Below, in pieces: positions 28,690 through 39,341 of a stretch of DNA of 64,000 bases (positions are counted from its first letter, which is position 1; every line of letters begins with the position of its first letter). The position numbers and the translations under genes are program-made. Origin of the DNA: an uncultured virus (IMG/VR IMGVR_UViG_3300017989_000096) (lineage: Duplodnaviria > Heunggongvirae > Uroviricota > Caudoviricetes); the IMG/VR virus record IMGVR_UViG_3300017989_000096; one strand, written 5' to 3'. Under the pieces are notes generated by a model. The model did not search any database and had not been told where the DNA came from. It saw nothing but the letters and a program-made list of their open reading frames with translations.

Positions 28690-29553
28690 ATGAGAGTTAA
28701 CACGACCACGTTCAGTATCGTTGCAGGGTCGTCTGCTTGTAACGCGAAATGTCCCTTCTGCGTTGCGAAAATGACGCCCAAATGCGGAATCGATGACCAT
28801 CCTGAACAAGTGAACTGGCGCAACTTTGATAAGGCATGCGAATACGCTCGCAATCATTCCGTTAATACGGCACTGATCACAGGCAAAGGCGAGCCTACGC
28901 TGTATCCTGAACAGATCACGTCCTACCTTCATGCCCTGAGAAAGCACGAATTCCCCTTTGTGGAACTTCAAACCAACGGCATTGAGATTGAGAACAATCC
29001 AAAATACAGGGATTACTACCTGAAGCAGTGGCATTATCTCGGCCTCACTACGGTAGCCCTGTCAGTCATTGGAGCAAGTATTCACAAAAGCAATGAATGC
29101 ATGCAAGGAAGCAAAGCTGTTGGTTGGTGGAATGTCACTGAAGCAGTGCATGAAGCAGGACTGTCAGTACGCCTTTCAAGCGTAATTTGCAAGGGCTATG
29201 GTGACAGTTGGAAAGAAATTTCAGCCCTGATCAAAGCCTGTCAGATGGAAGAGGTAGAGCAGCTGACGCTGCGGCGTATTGGAAAGCCTGAAGAATGCGC
29301 AAGCGAAGAAATCAAAAAATGGGTGGATGAACACTTTGAAATGAGTGAAGATGTTTATCACAGAATTCGAAGCGAGTTTCCTGTGTTGATGCGTCTTCCA
29401 CACGGGGCTGAAATCTATGACATCGAAGGTCAAAATGTTTGTTTGACGAATTGCCTGACATTGCCTAATGAAGACGAAATTCGACAGTTGATTTTCTTCC
29501 CTGATGGACATCTGCGTTATGACTGGTCAAAGAAGGGAGCATTACTGTTATGA
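28690..29553 (+). CDS. radical SAM protein
   Basis: CNAKCPFC, ITGKGEP, LQTNG. Confidence 0.9.
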   Translation: MRVNTTTFSIVAGSSACNAKCPFCVAKMTPKCGIDDHPEQVNWRNFDKACEYARNHSVNTALITGKGEPTLYPEQITSYLHALRKHEFPFVELQTNGIEIENNPKYRDYYLKQWHYLGLTTVALSVIGASIHKSNECMQGSKAVGWWNVTEAVHEAGLSVRLSSVICKGYGDSWKEISALIKACQMEEVEQLTLRRIGKPEECASEEIKKWVDEHFEMSEDVYHRIRSEFPVLMRLPHGAEIYDIEGQNVCLTNCLTLPNEDEIRQLIFFPDGHLRYDWSKKGALLL

Positions 29554-29735
29554 CAAAACGTAGAACAATTACTCGTGATGAACTTCAAAGGCTTTCGATT
29601 TGCAATAGTCGAAAACTGCCCCGTATTGTGAATGATGAAGGTACTCGATATGAATGGGTTGGCATCGGATGGATTAACAAAGGAAAAGCAACGGGCAGAG
29701 AAATAAAAGTAGTTGACTCAAACTCTGAGTAAGGT

Positions 29736-29750
29736 CTGTTTTATAATTGA
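29736..29750 (+). promoter_or_regulatory. promoter core variant
   Basis: ctgttttataattga upstream of 29779. Confidence 0.6.
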
Positions 29751-29778
29751 GAGAAACTTATCTGAAAGGAGTTAAGCA

Positions 29779-30174
29779 ATGGACAAAGCAAAAGCGGATG
29801 AGTTGCACGAAGCGATTCTGAAAGCTCTCGGTGAGGTTGAGAGTGAGTATGGAATCAAGTTCAAAATCCAGGGTGGCATGTTTACCGATTCAAACGTGAT
29901 TTTCAAACTGCAAGCTGCCGAAGTTCAACAAGACGGAACTGTGAAGGATCGTATTGCTACCGACTTCGAACAGCTCGCACACCGGTTCGGTTTCAAACCT
30001 TCTGATCTGTACCGAGAGGTAAAGATGCTTGGACGTACATACAAAATCATAGGTCTGAAACCTCAGTGCTGGAAGTATCCAGTTATTCTCGAAAGGGACG
30101 ATGGCAAGCAGTTCAGGTTTCCTGTTTCGGGTATTCTTATGCGAATGAAGACTGAAGCAGCAATACGTGCGTAA
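29779..30174 (+). CDS. conserved phage hypothetical protein
   Basis: YKIIGLKP..WKYPVI; AAGGAG RBS. Confidence 0.75.
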   Translation: MDKAKADELHEAILKALGEVESEYGIKFKIQGGMFTDSNVIFKLQAAEVQQDGTVKDRIATDFEQLAHRFGFKPSDLYREVKMLGRTYKIIGLKPQCWKYPVILERDDGKQFRFPVSGILMRMKTEAAIRA

Positions 30175-30383
30175 AAGGGAAGCTATGGAAAGTGGTGATT
30201 TGTTTGAAGAGTTTGCGAAGCTTTTTGGTAAGTTGGAAAAACTCAAAAAGATTGTCGAAGTTTCGATGAATACGAATTCGCCTTGTCTAAAGTGTATTGG
30301 ATATGGCGAAGGATGTACGATAATTCTTGAACGTGATCCCGAAAAGGAATGCCCAGCTTTTGCCGAGAGAGAAGAAACAGGAT

Positions 30384-30660
30384 ATGATAAACCAAGTATC
30401 ACAAATTGACTATGCAGAACGATATCCATGTGTGCAGTGTGGGTATTGTTGTCGTAAAGCGCCCTGTGCTTTTGGTGTTTGGGATAACGAAAACCATCGT
30501 TGTTTATCTGACGGAAGACAATCTGTGTTCCAAGTACGACGAAATCAAAAAGCATAAGGGTCAGTGGATGAGCCCTGCTTTTGGATTTGGTTGTTCTTCG
30601 GCATTATTTAATTCTGATCGTGAAAGGAAAATTCGTGAAAGGAACTCAAAAAGAGATTGA
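30384..30660 (+). pseudogene. YkgJ-like Cys-cluster protein split by a frameshift
   Basis: CVQCGYCC..PC...C in one frame continues as YLTEDNLCSKY in another at ~30504. Confidence 0.55.
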
Positions 30661-31899
30661 TTGAGGTTGTGCAGAATGAAAGGAAAGTGATGTTCAAAGC
30701 CAAAAAACTTAGTGGAAAAAACCGGGCAGGTGCACAACAGTATGGTACGGTTACATTGACAAATGGTTGTTTTGCACCATTGCTAAAGACAAAAAGGGAA
30801 CGTACATTCGCACGATGTCGATATTGCAGGATGAAATTCATCCGGGACATGCAATTGGATGTCACAAAACACTTGAGCTTGCGAAAAAGAAGGCGCAGAA
30901 AGAATTTGAATACTTCTTGAATGCATGTCATGAAAGGAAGAAATCATGAAAATTCCACTAATGTGTCAACTGTTCGGTCACAAATTGATGCACGATAAGA
31001 GTACAATTCTCATTTGTGAGCGTTGTGACCACACAACTGAATGGCCTGCTGATATGATTTGTCGTCGGTTTGGTCATTGGTTCGAGGGAAAGTTTTGCGT
31101 ACGTTGTGGAGAGAGAGTTTCTTTCGAGAGATGCCCTGGACACCAGTATGAGCTTATTGGGGTTTCGCATTTGAGTAGAGCTACGATATTTTCTCCAGAT
31201 AGTTGGAGAGGAATCACTGTTCGGACCTATCGTTGTAAAATTGATGAGCGAGAACCAAGCACGACAACAGGGCTACATAGTAAAAAGGGAATATGATGAC
31301 AAAGCTAACTCCTATTCAAAAGCATGTTCTTCGTGAAATGCTACACAACAACTCAACGCTTACAGCAAGTGCTATGAATGGCATCCATGTTACAAAAACT
31401 GACATGCCAGTAAATGTTAGGACGGTGGTTGCCCTGCGCAAGAAAGGTTTGCTTGTGAAGCTGATTGACCATTTCATGCTTTACGAGTATGCTGTTCATA
31501 AGAAAGCACGAGAGTTGAATTGTTGGGATGAGCTTGCAAACCCGCTTTGTCAAATGTGGGATATGAAAGTGAGGACAAAATGAGTTTGCTGCTTTCGAAT
31601 AGTGAACCAAAAGGAGTAGAGGCGAAATCTTTTGGTGGTTTATTTGGTCAGTCAGATATCACACTTCGTGTTCCTATTAGAGATGAAGACCTTTCAAAAG
31701 CAACCTATGCAAATGGCAACGTATCAAAATGGGTTGATGTGGAAATGCCTTTTGATGACTTTTTTGTTATGGTTGAATATGCTTTGACTAATGCTGATCT
31801 CAGGTTGCCAAAAGACCCTCGGTTGGAGTTTTTGTTTAAGCTGAAGCGTATTGCAGTTGTGAAAGGACATAACTCAGGCGGAAAGAGGTTGGAATACCA

Positions 31900-32340
31900 A
31901 TGAAGTTCAAAAGCAAGTATGATTTTCTTAGCAACTTTTATCCGTCAAGGGTAAGGTACAATGGGAAACTATTTCCAACCGTTGAGCATGCTTACCAATA
32001 TGCCAAAATGCATGATCCGGTTTTCAAAAAACTTATCCAAGAAGCTTCCACTCCTGGTCAAGCAAAGAGGCTTGGAAAAAGAGGCCCGATTGTTGCTGGC
32101 TGGGACAACAAGAAAATCCCTATTATGCTTACATTGCTGAAAGCCAAATTCAAAGACGAAGCACTCAAAAAGAAACTTCTTGCAACTGGATTGATTAAGC
32201 TTGAAGAAGGCAATACATGGCATGACAATTTTTGGGGTAATTGCGAATGTGAAAACTGCAAAATCAAACCCGGCGAAAACATGTTGGGAACTTTGCTGAT
32301 GCAGGTTCGCGACGAATTGCGGAGGAAAGATGGACAATGA
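31900..32340 (+). CDS. NADAR (YbiA-like) family protein
   Basis: FLSNFY, FPTVEHAYQYAK, AKRLG, LLATG, EGNTWHDNFWG, GENMLGTLLMQVR. Confidence 0.9.
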   Translation: MKFKSKYDFLSNFYPSRVRYNGKLFPTVEHAYQYAKMHDPVFKKLIQEASTPGQAKRLGKRGPIVAGWDNKKIPIMLTLLKAKFKDEALKKKLLATGLIKLEEGNTWHDNFWGNCECENCKIKPGENMLGTLLMQVRDELRRKDGQ

Positions 32341-32815
32341 AAAAGCATATGCTGTAGATAAAGCAATGCGTCATAGAGTCAAAGTAGAGTGTTGTGGAGC
32401 CTACAAAGGGTACGACTATATTTGTGTATTGGTTAAAGAGTTAGGTCATCGTTGTGGGTATGTGCGCTTACCAACATCTCATCCATTTTTTGGGGTGGAC
32501 TATGACAAAATCTATGAAATTCGAGATGTTGAGTGTCATGGTGGACTGACCTTTAGTGGAAAGCTTGGTTGGCTAAAGGATGGCTATTGGATCGGGTTTG
32601 ATTGTGGACACGCAGGAGACGGGCGTGTTTATGATTATATGGATTCAGAAAAGGCTAAAATGTGGAAGCGTATGGAAGACTTTCAAGATGAAATACGTTC
32701 GAAAGACTATGTTGAAGAGGAGTGCAGAGCAATAATTGATCAAGTGAAGCAGGTTTGGAGGATTCGCTCAAAACTATTTTGGCGAAAGTTGAAAAATCTA
32801 TTGCTTTGGAGGTAG
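32330..32815 (+). CDS. conserved phage hypothetical protein
   Basis: GHRCGYV, HGGLTF, WIGFDCGH. Confidence 0.75.
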   Translation: MDNEKAYAVDKAMRHRVKVECCGAYKGYDYICVLVKELGHRCGYVRLPTSHPFFGVDYDKIYEIRDVECHGGLTFSGKLGWLKDGYWIGFDCGHAGDGRVYDYMDSEKAKMWKRMEDFQDEIRSKDYVEEECRAIIDQVKQVWRIRSKLFWRKLKNLLLWR

Positions 32816-32845
32816 GAAGGGATATAATTCAAAAAGGAGAAACAG

Positions 32846-33721
32846 ATGAGCCACTTTATCACCGTTGTGATTCTGCCAAAAAAGTACAAGAAGATTTTCA
32901 GGTTCGGCGAAAAGGACAAACCTGCTGTTGTCAAAAGGTGGCATGGAATTGCTGAACGAGCCGTGGCAGAAATACTTGCCCCTTTTGATGAGAACAAGTC
33001 GGTGGACCCGCATGAAGAGGGGTGCTATTGTGTGGGGTCAATTGCACGACATGAATCTGAAAAAGAGGCTGAAAAACAACTGAAGATTGATTGGGAAGAT
33101 TTGAGGAAGCGCTATTGGGCTATTCCAGATGACAAACGCCCCGTGTGGCAAAAGTTTGCTCCTGTAAAAAAGTTTGGTAAGCTCCAGAAAAAACTTGAGC
33201 GAGAGCATCTCTTGAATGGTAAGCCGGATACCACTTGTGAAGATTGCAAAGGTACAGGAAAGAGAACAACGTCATACAATCCAAATTCCAAATGGGATTG
33301 GTGGCAAATTGGTGGACGTTGGACTGGTCAATACTCTGACTACGACCCAGCGAAAGACCCAAACAACATTGAAGTGTGTGACTTGTGTGGTGGAACGGGC
33401 GAACGCCATGATAAGATTGTAGATGGGAAATGCAACGCTTGTGGGGGAAAGGGCAAAAAAATCAAGTGGCCAACACAGTTTGAACCGATTGCTGATGATA
33501 TTTTGCCGGTTGAAAGTATTTTGAGCCAAATTGAGCAGGATGAAAACAAGTCACCTTTTGCGATTGTTACCCCGGATAAGGAATGGCTTGAAAATGGTGA
33601 TATGGGTTGGTTTGGTTTTGTATCTAATGGGAAAGAAGAGGAAGTGTGGGCGAAAGAAACAAAAGGTGTTTTCGAACGCTTCAAAGAACACATCGCGGTT
33701 GTAGTTGATTGCCATATCTAA
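32846..33721 (+). CDS. phage protein with DnaJ-like CxxCxGxG repeats
   Basis: YNPNSKWDWWQIGGRW; CEDCKGTG, CDLCGGTG, CNACGGKG; C-terminal VVDCH. Confidence 0.8.
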   Translation: MSHFITVVILPKKYKKIFRFGEKDKPAVVKRWHGIAERAVAEILAPFDENKSVDPHEEGCYCVGSIARHESEKEAEKQLKIDWEDLRKRYWAIPDDKRPVWQKFAPVKKFGKLQKKLEREHLLNGKPDTTCEDCKGTGKRTTSYNPNSKWDWWQIGGRWTGQYSDYDPAKDPNNIEVCDLCGGTGERHDKIVDGKCNACGGKGKKIKWPTQFEPIADDILPVESILSQIEQDENKSPFAIVTPDKEWLENGDMGWFGFVSNGKEEEVWAKETKGVFERFKEHIAVVVDCHI

Positions 33722-34272
33722 TGAAAGGAGACAGATGAGCGATTTTGTTATGAAGAAGCCTGCTGCCGTGTTGTTGGACAAGAAAGCAAAAATCAAAGAC
33801 AACAAGGAAGGAAAAAAGATGAACGGAGATGAACTCAAGCTCAATGTTGGTGATAAGATTTGGCGTCCGGTTCATATGTTCAATTGGAAGCCGCAAATAC
33901 AGACACCTATGTTTCACGAGACAGAGCAAGGTTCATGGATGGGACGTGCAGTATTGAATAGCTCGTTTTGCTTTCACAAAAAGAGAGACATTTGGGTAAT
34001 GTATGACAATCAAGCAAACCGAGGGTTGGTTTGTTTCTTCAACGACCGTCCACATGATGATTGGACTTACTTCATTGTCAAAGGGATTTCCAAAAGCGGA
34101 AATGTTGCTTTTGTTCAGCCAATCTATGGCTCTGAAGAAGAACTGATGGGACAATATTGCCTGTCCAAGGCAGAAGTGAATGAGCGAAATCGTCAGCCAA
34201 ATCCTAAAAGAGAAGAAGCTGACGGTGAGCGTCTGGATGACTCAGATGAACTTTGGGAGGAAGGTGAGCAAG

Positions 34273-34722
34273 ATGAACGCGATGGATGAGTTGCGGCAGT
34301 ATATCTCTAAAAATGCAATTCGGGGTGCTTGTACCTGCGGTAAATGCCTTGATGCTCCGCAAAACCCGAAAGAGAAACAGCCACAAGGTCATACGGTTGA
34401 TTTGGAATTTTTCAAAGTGGCAGCAAAAGAGTCAGCCAAAGCAGATGAATTGCGCAAGCTTGTTCAAGAAGCACTCCCTCAATGCTTTGATGGAGAAGAA
34501 CATAATTATATCAACTTGGGTGCTTCAATAGGTGACCAGGGCTATGCTTTGATGTTGATTGGGTTAGGTCATATTTTGAAGCTTTGGATCGCATTGTCTC
34601 CAGCGACAGTGTTGGGGGATAGTGTGCCCGAAGCGCTTCGCAAGCAAATGGCAGGAATGGGTATGATTGCTCTGAAAGCTGACAAAGAGCCAGTTGCTCA
34701 GGAGGACATTAGTGGGACTTGA
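34273..34722 (+). CDS. hypothetical protein
   Basis: ORF in gene run. Confidence 0.7.
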   Translation: MNAMDELRQYISKNAIRGACTCGKCLDAPQNPKEKQPQGHTVDLEFFKVAAKESAKADELRKLVQEALPQCFDGEEHNYINLGASIGDQGYALMLIGLGHILKLWIALSPATVLGDSVPEALRKQMAGMGMIALKADKEPVAQEDISGT

Positions 34723-35056
34723 TTTTGTAGGTTCTGATGCTCATTGGTCATATAGCGGTTTTATGCGTTTTCGTATAAAGCTGGCAAAGGAAATTGGCCT
34801 TGATTTGGAAACCATGCATGGTTTTGGTGGTATTCAAGAATGGCCCGATGCTGAGAATGAGCCATTGGTTTATTTGCTGGATCATTCAGATTGTGATGGG
34901 GAGTTGTTTCCAGAGCAATGCGCAATTGTTGCACCACGTCTTTTAGAAATCGTTAGCAAATGGGATATCAAAGAGCGAGATGCCCAGCAAGCTATTTTGC
35001 TTGCTGAAGGGATGAAAAAATGTGCAGAGAAAGGCGAAGTGTTGGTTTTTTGTTGA
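34694..35056 (+). CDS. conserved phage hypothetical protein
   Basis: WSYSGF...LLDHSDCDGEL. Confidence 0.7.
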   Translation: MLRRTLVGLDFVGSDAHWSYSGFMRFRIKLAKEIGLDLETMHGFGGIQEWPDAENEPLVYLLDHSDCDGELFPEQCAIVAPRLLEIVSKWDIKERDAQQAILLAEGMKKCAEKGEVLVFC

Positions 35057-35593
35057 GAGGTGATTTATGACGTGGGATGAGTGCGTTCCATCGGAAGAAC
35101 CTAAAGAGAAAGAGAGGTGACTTATCGGTTACACACACTACTGGCGTACTGATAAATGCGCTGATGTGAAATCCAAAGAGGGTTTTGCAAAAGCATTGCT
35201 TTTGGTCAAGCAGATTATTAAGCGTCACAAAAGCTTACTTTGCTACGAATATGATTTGCAAAGCAAGCCTCCTGAAGTAACGAATGAACGTATTCGCTTC
35301 AACGGAAAGGGTGACGATGGTTACGAGACATTTTTGTTCACTTTGGGAAGTGATTTCGGTTTTTGCAAAACTGCTATGAAGCCTTACGATATAGCGGTTT
35401 GTGAGTGTTTGATTGTGTTGGGAGCACATTTGCCAAAAGCTGAAATTTCGTCTGATGGGATTTATGACAATCGTATTGATCCTGGTTGGCAGCAGGCAAT
35501 TCAAAATGTGCGTGACCATTTTGGCATTGATATGAAGATAGATGATGGTAAGTTTGTTTATGGAGTAAAGAAGCATTGATGTAGGAGGAGCGA

Positions 35594-36043
35594 ATGAGGA
35601 GACTATTACTTTTCATCTTGCTTTTGTTTGCATCGTTATTCGCCTCAAACGCACGCGAAAGCAAAAAGACACAACTCACACCGGAAGAACACATCAAGCG
35701 AGCAGAACAGTATTACAAGAAAAAGGATTTTTGGCAAACCCTCTGGCATTACGATAAAGCAAGGATGAAAGTAAAGTCTAAAGGGAAAGCCAAAGAGCTT
35801 GTCAAAATCATGAACAGAATCTTTTGGGAGGCGATTGTCTACAAGATTGAAAACAAACAGATCACAACCACGACAGGAGCAGTAACCTTTTTAGAGGGAA
35901 GAATCGAAAAGAAGAAAAAAGAAAAGCTTGATCATAAAGATGCTACAGAAGTCCTTAAAATGCTCCAACAGAAGCAATATAATAATGCAATGGAGCGAAT
36001 TAGAAAAATACTGGAAAAGGAGAATTCAGATGGCGACAAATGA
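35594..36043 (+). CDS. signal-peptide protein, TPR-like helices
   Basis: MRRLLLFILLLFASLFASNA; AGGAGG RBS. Confidence 0.7.
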   Translation: MRRLLLFILLLFASLFASNARESKKTQLTPEEHIKRAEQYYKKKDFWQTLWHYDKARMKVKSKGKAKELVKIMNRIFWEAIVYKIENKQITTTTGAVTFLEGRIEKKKKEKLDHKDATEVLKMLQQKQYNNAMERIRKILEKENSDGDK

Positions 36044-36542
36044 CGTCCCTGGTGCTGTTGCTTCAAATCAAGATGATCTCCATGTTGGCTGTTGGGCCGA
36101 ACACCCAGATGGCAGCCTGTTGTTTGTTGAAGGTACGGAAGGTGGAACGATTGTCTATCTTGTTTTTGACATGAGTCAAAAACCACCTGTTCAATATCGT
36201 GATGGTATGCCTGAAAAAGGTTTCAAGGATCATTTCCAATGGATCAACAAGAAAGCCAGAAGTGGCGATAAATGGATTTGGCATGACAAGACTGATTTTC
36301 CGTGGAACAAGGTCATCAAGCAGGGTGCAAAGGATGGGGTTGATTATGTTTGTGCAGACGATTTGATTTCAGCTGCACAAAGGGTAGCTGAAAGTCGTGC
36401 GCTTATTCGCAAAGGCAAGCCTGTCCGTCCAGATGACTACAGCCACATGGTTCCAAAGCTGACAGCCGCAGCTAAGGAAATTCGTGATGGTATCCAAAGA
36501 GCAATTGATACGTTGGAGTCGAACGATAGCGATGGCAGCTGA
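36030..36542 (+). CDS. hypothetical protein
   Basis: AAGGAG RBS before MATNDVPGA. Confidence 0.75.
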   Translation: MATNDVPGAVASNQDDLHVGCWAEHPDGSLLFVEGTEGGTIVYLVFDMSQKPPVQYRDGMPEKGFKDHFQWINKKARSGDKWIWHDKTDFPWNKVIKQGAKDGVDYVCADDLISAAQRVAESRALIRKGKPVRPDDYSHMVPKLTAAAKEIRDGIQRAIDTLESNDSDGS

Positions 36543-36879
36543 GAAATGCAATTTTGACAGCTGGTACAAAAACGAGGGTTTGACTCGCACAGACACCTAC
36601 TGCCATGACTGTGGTAAAACCTTCATTGCTGAAATAGATTTTGATGTAGATGGCAAACATATCGTGGTCTGTCCTTATTGTGGTCACGAACATTGTCGTA
36701 CGATTAAGGACGGTAAAGTGACCGAAGATCGTTGGGATGGAAGAAATGGTGACAGCAAGGAGGTTAGAAAAGCCCGAACTTGGAAACACGATGCTTTACA
36801 AATGAAGACGACTATTGCTTGTCATTTCATTCGTGAGCGATGGTTGAATTTTGGAAAGGAAGTACGTGACGACAATTAG
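36532..36879 (+). CDS. zinc-ribbon protein
   Basis: CHDC...CPYCGHEHC. Confidence 0.7.
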   Translation: MAAEKCNFDSWYKNEGLTRTDTYCHDCGKTFIAEIDFDVDGKHIVVCPYCGHEHCRTIKDGKVTEDRWDGRNGDSKEVRKARTWKHDALQMKTTIACHFIRERWLNFGKEVRDDN

Positions 36880-37666
36880 CGATTTAAGTAAATTGCCTGT
36901 TCTGAAAGATTGGTCATATACTACTCCAACCACTTCTGGTGGGTTGTCGGATTTTGGTAGAACTTTCCCAAATTCTTCTGATTGGTCCTCGTCGGATTCA
37001 AGCACATCGGATTTAACTAATTCTTTCAAGCAGTTTACAATTCGCTATGAAATAGATGATTCACTTTTTGCTGCAACAAAAATTGATCGACAAACTTTGA
37101 GTCGAATGTTGCAATCGCAAGCAAATTGGCAAATGCAGAAATACATTGAAGCAGAAAAGTTGAAGCGAGTTGAGGTTGATACAGGGGTGGATATTGATTT
37201 AGCGTTGCCTGATGGACATGTGATCAAAGTCAAGTCTGATGGAAGTTTTGCTATCGAAAACAAAGATGCCAAGGTTACGTACAAAGCTTGCAATATGCGT
37301 GAGTTCAATCGCTATGTCAATGCCAGCGATTTGGTAGAGGAATTTATCAGATTGCTTGGCAGATTGGGTTGTAAGCAAAGCCAAGTATTGAATGTACCCA
37401 TAGAGCTGTTCATTAATTTTTTGATCCTCAAGGCGGCAGAAGCAGACAATGTAACACCCCCACCGGATGTGCCAAAGTTGGAAAATCACCCATTGCTTCC
37501 TTCGCCACGCCATGATGCAAGATGTCTATTTTGCAAGCGTTTTATCTGTCGTACGTTTGCTTACGATGGGTTCAATTTTTGTAACGGTGATCACGCACAA
37601 CGCTATTGGGAGCGGATGGATGTCAAAACTAAAGACAAAATACAGTCGCCGCAACTATGCAGATAA
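36851..37666 (+). CDS. hypothetical protein with C-terminal Cys/His cluster
   Basis: CLFC...CNGDH. Confidence 0.7.
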   Translation: MERKYVTTISDLSKLPVLKDWSYTTPTTSGGLSDFGRTFPNSSDWSSSDSSTSDLTNSFKQFTIRYEIDDSLFAATKIDRQTLSRMLQSQANWQMQKYIEAEKLKRVEVDTGVDIDLALPDGHVIKVKSDGSFAIENKDAKVTYKACNMREFNRYVNASDLVEEFIRLLGRLGCKQSQVLNVPIELFINFLILKAAEADNVTPPPDVPKLENHPLLPSPRHDARCLFCKRFICRTFAYDGFNFCNGDHAQRYWERMDVKTKDKIQSPQLCR

Positions 37667-37921
37667 GCTGGAGAAACTGATAAAGCTCTTGAAAGAAAGT
37701 TTGGGTAAGAAAGCTAAAGTTCGAGTTGAGTTTGAGCAATCGGCGGCTTATGATGACAAGTTCTATCTGACAATTAGCTATGAATTAGCAATGTTGTTTG
37801 GTGACCGCTCAACGGATGAGAAAGTACATAAAGCTTTGCACAAATCGGGTTTAGGTCGTTACTTTACAGAGTCTGGTAGCGGCGGAGGTTTTAATCGACG
37901 TGATATAGGATTCATAGAAAA

Positions 37922-38233
37922 ATGATTATGCCAACAAAACCAACAGCAAACAAAGCTATCTACAAATACCCGCTCGAATTGAAACCTGACGCACAAGAGA
38001 TCGAATTACCGATGGGAGCAAAAATTCTCTCAGTTGCCAATCAACGGGAACAAATTTGTGTTTGGGCACATGTCAATCCGGATGTGAAAGAAACGCAGAC
38101 CTTTCAGTTCAAAATTTTTGGGACAGGCCATCCATGTGAGTTACCAGCTAATGCCCAATTTCTCGGAACTGTCCTTATAGCAGGCGGTTCGTTTATTTGG
38201 CATATATTTTTTGTTGAAAAGTTGTCGGAGTAG
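37922..38233 (+). CDS. conserved phage hypothetical protein
   Basis: IYKYPL..LPMGAKILSV..IFGTGH..FLGTV..WHIF. Confidence 0.75.
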   Translation: MIMPTKPTANKAIYKYPLELKPDAQEIELPMGAKILSVANQREQICVWAHVNPDVKETQTFQFKIFGTGHPCELPANAQFLGTVLIAGGSFIWHIFFVEKLSE

Positions 38234-38241
38234 GATTTGAT

Positions 38242-38883
38242 TTGTCGGAACGTAAACACGCCAAATACTCTCCTTCGAAACTTCCTATCTTAGCTGTCTG
38301 TCCATGTTTTGAACCTGCTCCGGTTGGTGAAGCTGCATGGAGAGGAACAACCCAACATAAGGTTATTGAGGACTATTTCAAAGGTCGTGATCCACACTGG
38401 AACGATTTGACCGCAGATGAGCGTTTACGTGTACGTTGGGCTATCAGGTGGATTAATAACAACACGTCAGCAAACAGACAAATTGAGATTTGCTTGACTG
38501 CTATTGGTAGTGATATTGCTTTGATGGAAAGAGGCTATGCTGATGTGTTGGATGTCCATAGTGATCACGTGCATGTTGTTGATTACAAATCAGGACGGCA
38601 AAGAGATGCTTCTCACCAATTAGCTGCTTATGCATTAATGGCGATGCGTAGGTATGAAAAGGCTCATTCGAAAGTAACGGTTTTGTATGGTAACAATTTT
38701 GCTGTTGTACCTGCCACCTACACAGCCGAACAAGCTGCTGCTCTTATCATCCCGGTTCTCAATAGTGTTGTTGACCCGAACAAGAAACCAAATTTGTGTC
38801 AGTATTGTGATTGGTGTATTTGGATTGGAAAGTGCGATGCATTTAGTGCCCGAATCAAAAGAATATTTGGCAAAAAAGATTGA
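38242..38883 (+). CDS. PD-(D/E)XK (Cas4/RecB-like) nuclease
   Basis: YSPS..C, GTTQH, GYADV, VVDYKSG, QLAAYA, CDWC...C. Confidence 0.85.
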   Translation: MSERKHAKYSPSKLPILAVCPCFEPAPVGEAAWRGTTQHKVIEDYFKGRDPHWNDLTADERLRVRWAIRWINNNTSANRQIEICLTAIGSDIALMERGYADVLDVHSDHVHVVDYKSGRQRDASHQLAAYALMAMRRYEKAHSKVTVLYGNNFAVVPATYTAEQAAALIIPVLNSVVDPNKKPNLCQYCDWCIWIGKCDAFSARIKRIFGKKD

Positions 38884-38910
38884 AAGTCTCTCCGCTTTTG
38901 TTCTCTACAA

Positions 38911-38925
38911 CTGTTAAATAATTGA
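38911..38925 (+). promoter_or_regulatory. promoter core
   Basis: ctgttaaataattga immediately before AGGAG. Confidence 0.7.
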
Positions 38926-38937
38926 AGGAGTTATGTA

Positions 38938-39192
38938 ATGCAGTTGAATGAGAACGAAGCAAAAGTGATGAATGCACTGTTTAAGAGCAGCGCAGGAAAC
39001 GGACACGATTTTGGTTATACTGATGACGTTAACTGCGAAGAGCTGGGGATTACTCGTAGGCAGCTTTCGGGGTATGTTGCTCAGCTGTCCAAAAAGGGTT
39101 ATATCGAGCTCTATTACGATGAGTGGAACTCGTTCATTCTTACGCAAAAATACTGGGCCGAAAGTGGCAAGGTTGATGCATTTGTGGTTTGA
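38938..39192 (+). CDS. winged-helix-like protein
   Basis: ELGITRRQLSGYVAQLSKKGYI. Confidence 0.65.
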   Translation: MQLNENEAKVMNALFKSSAGNGHDFGYTDDVNCEELGITRRQLSGYVAQLSKKGYIELYYDEWNSFILTQKYWAESGKVDAFVV

Positions 39193-39268
39193 AAGGTAAG
39201 GCGCACACAAGGCTGTACCATTGCAGTGTAAAGGGGAAGTTCCTTTACCGCCTTACCTTTTCTTTTTC
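39192..39268 (+). terminator. branched hairpin followed by T tract
   Basis: aaaggtaaggcg/cgccttaccttt 12-bp stem enclosing two inner stems. Confidence 0.6.
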
Positions 39269-39333
39269 AAAAAAGAGCACGACTTTTCATATTGCAGCAG
39301 TTAAATAATTGAAGAGCAAACAAACTGCGGAGG
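39267..39333 (+). promoter_or_regulatory. extended promoter element (repeat with 40747)
   Basis: tcaaaaaagagcacgacttttcat..gcagttaaataattgaagagcaaacaaactgcggagg. Confidence 0.75.
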
Positions 39334-39341
39334 GTTGAAAA

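Noticed and set aside
38242..38883. Cas4 as evidence of CRISPR-Cas
   Set aside because: Solo PD-(D/E)XK nucleases are common in phages and no other cas genes are present
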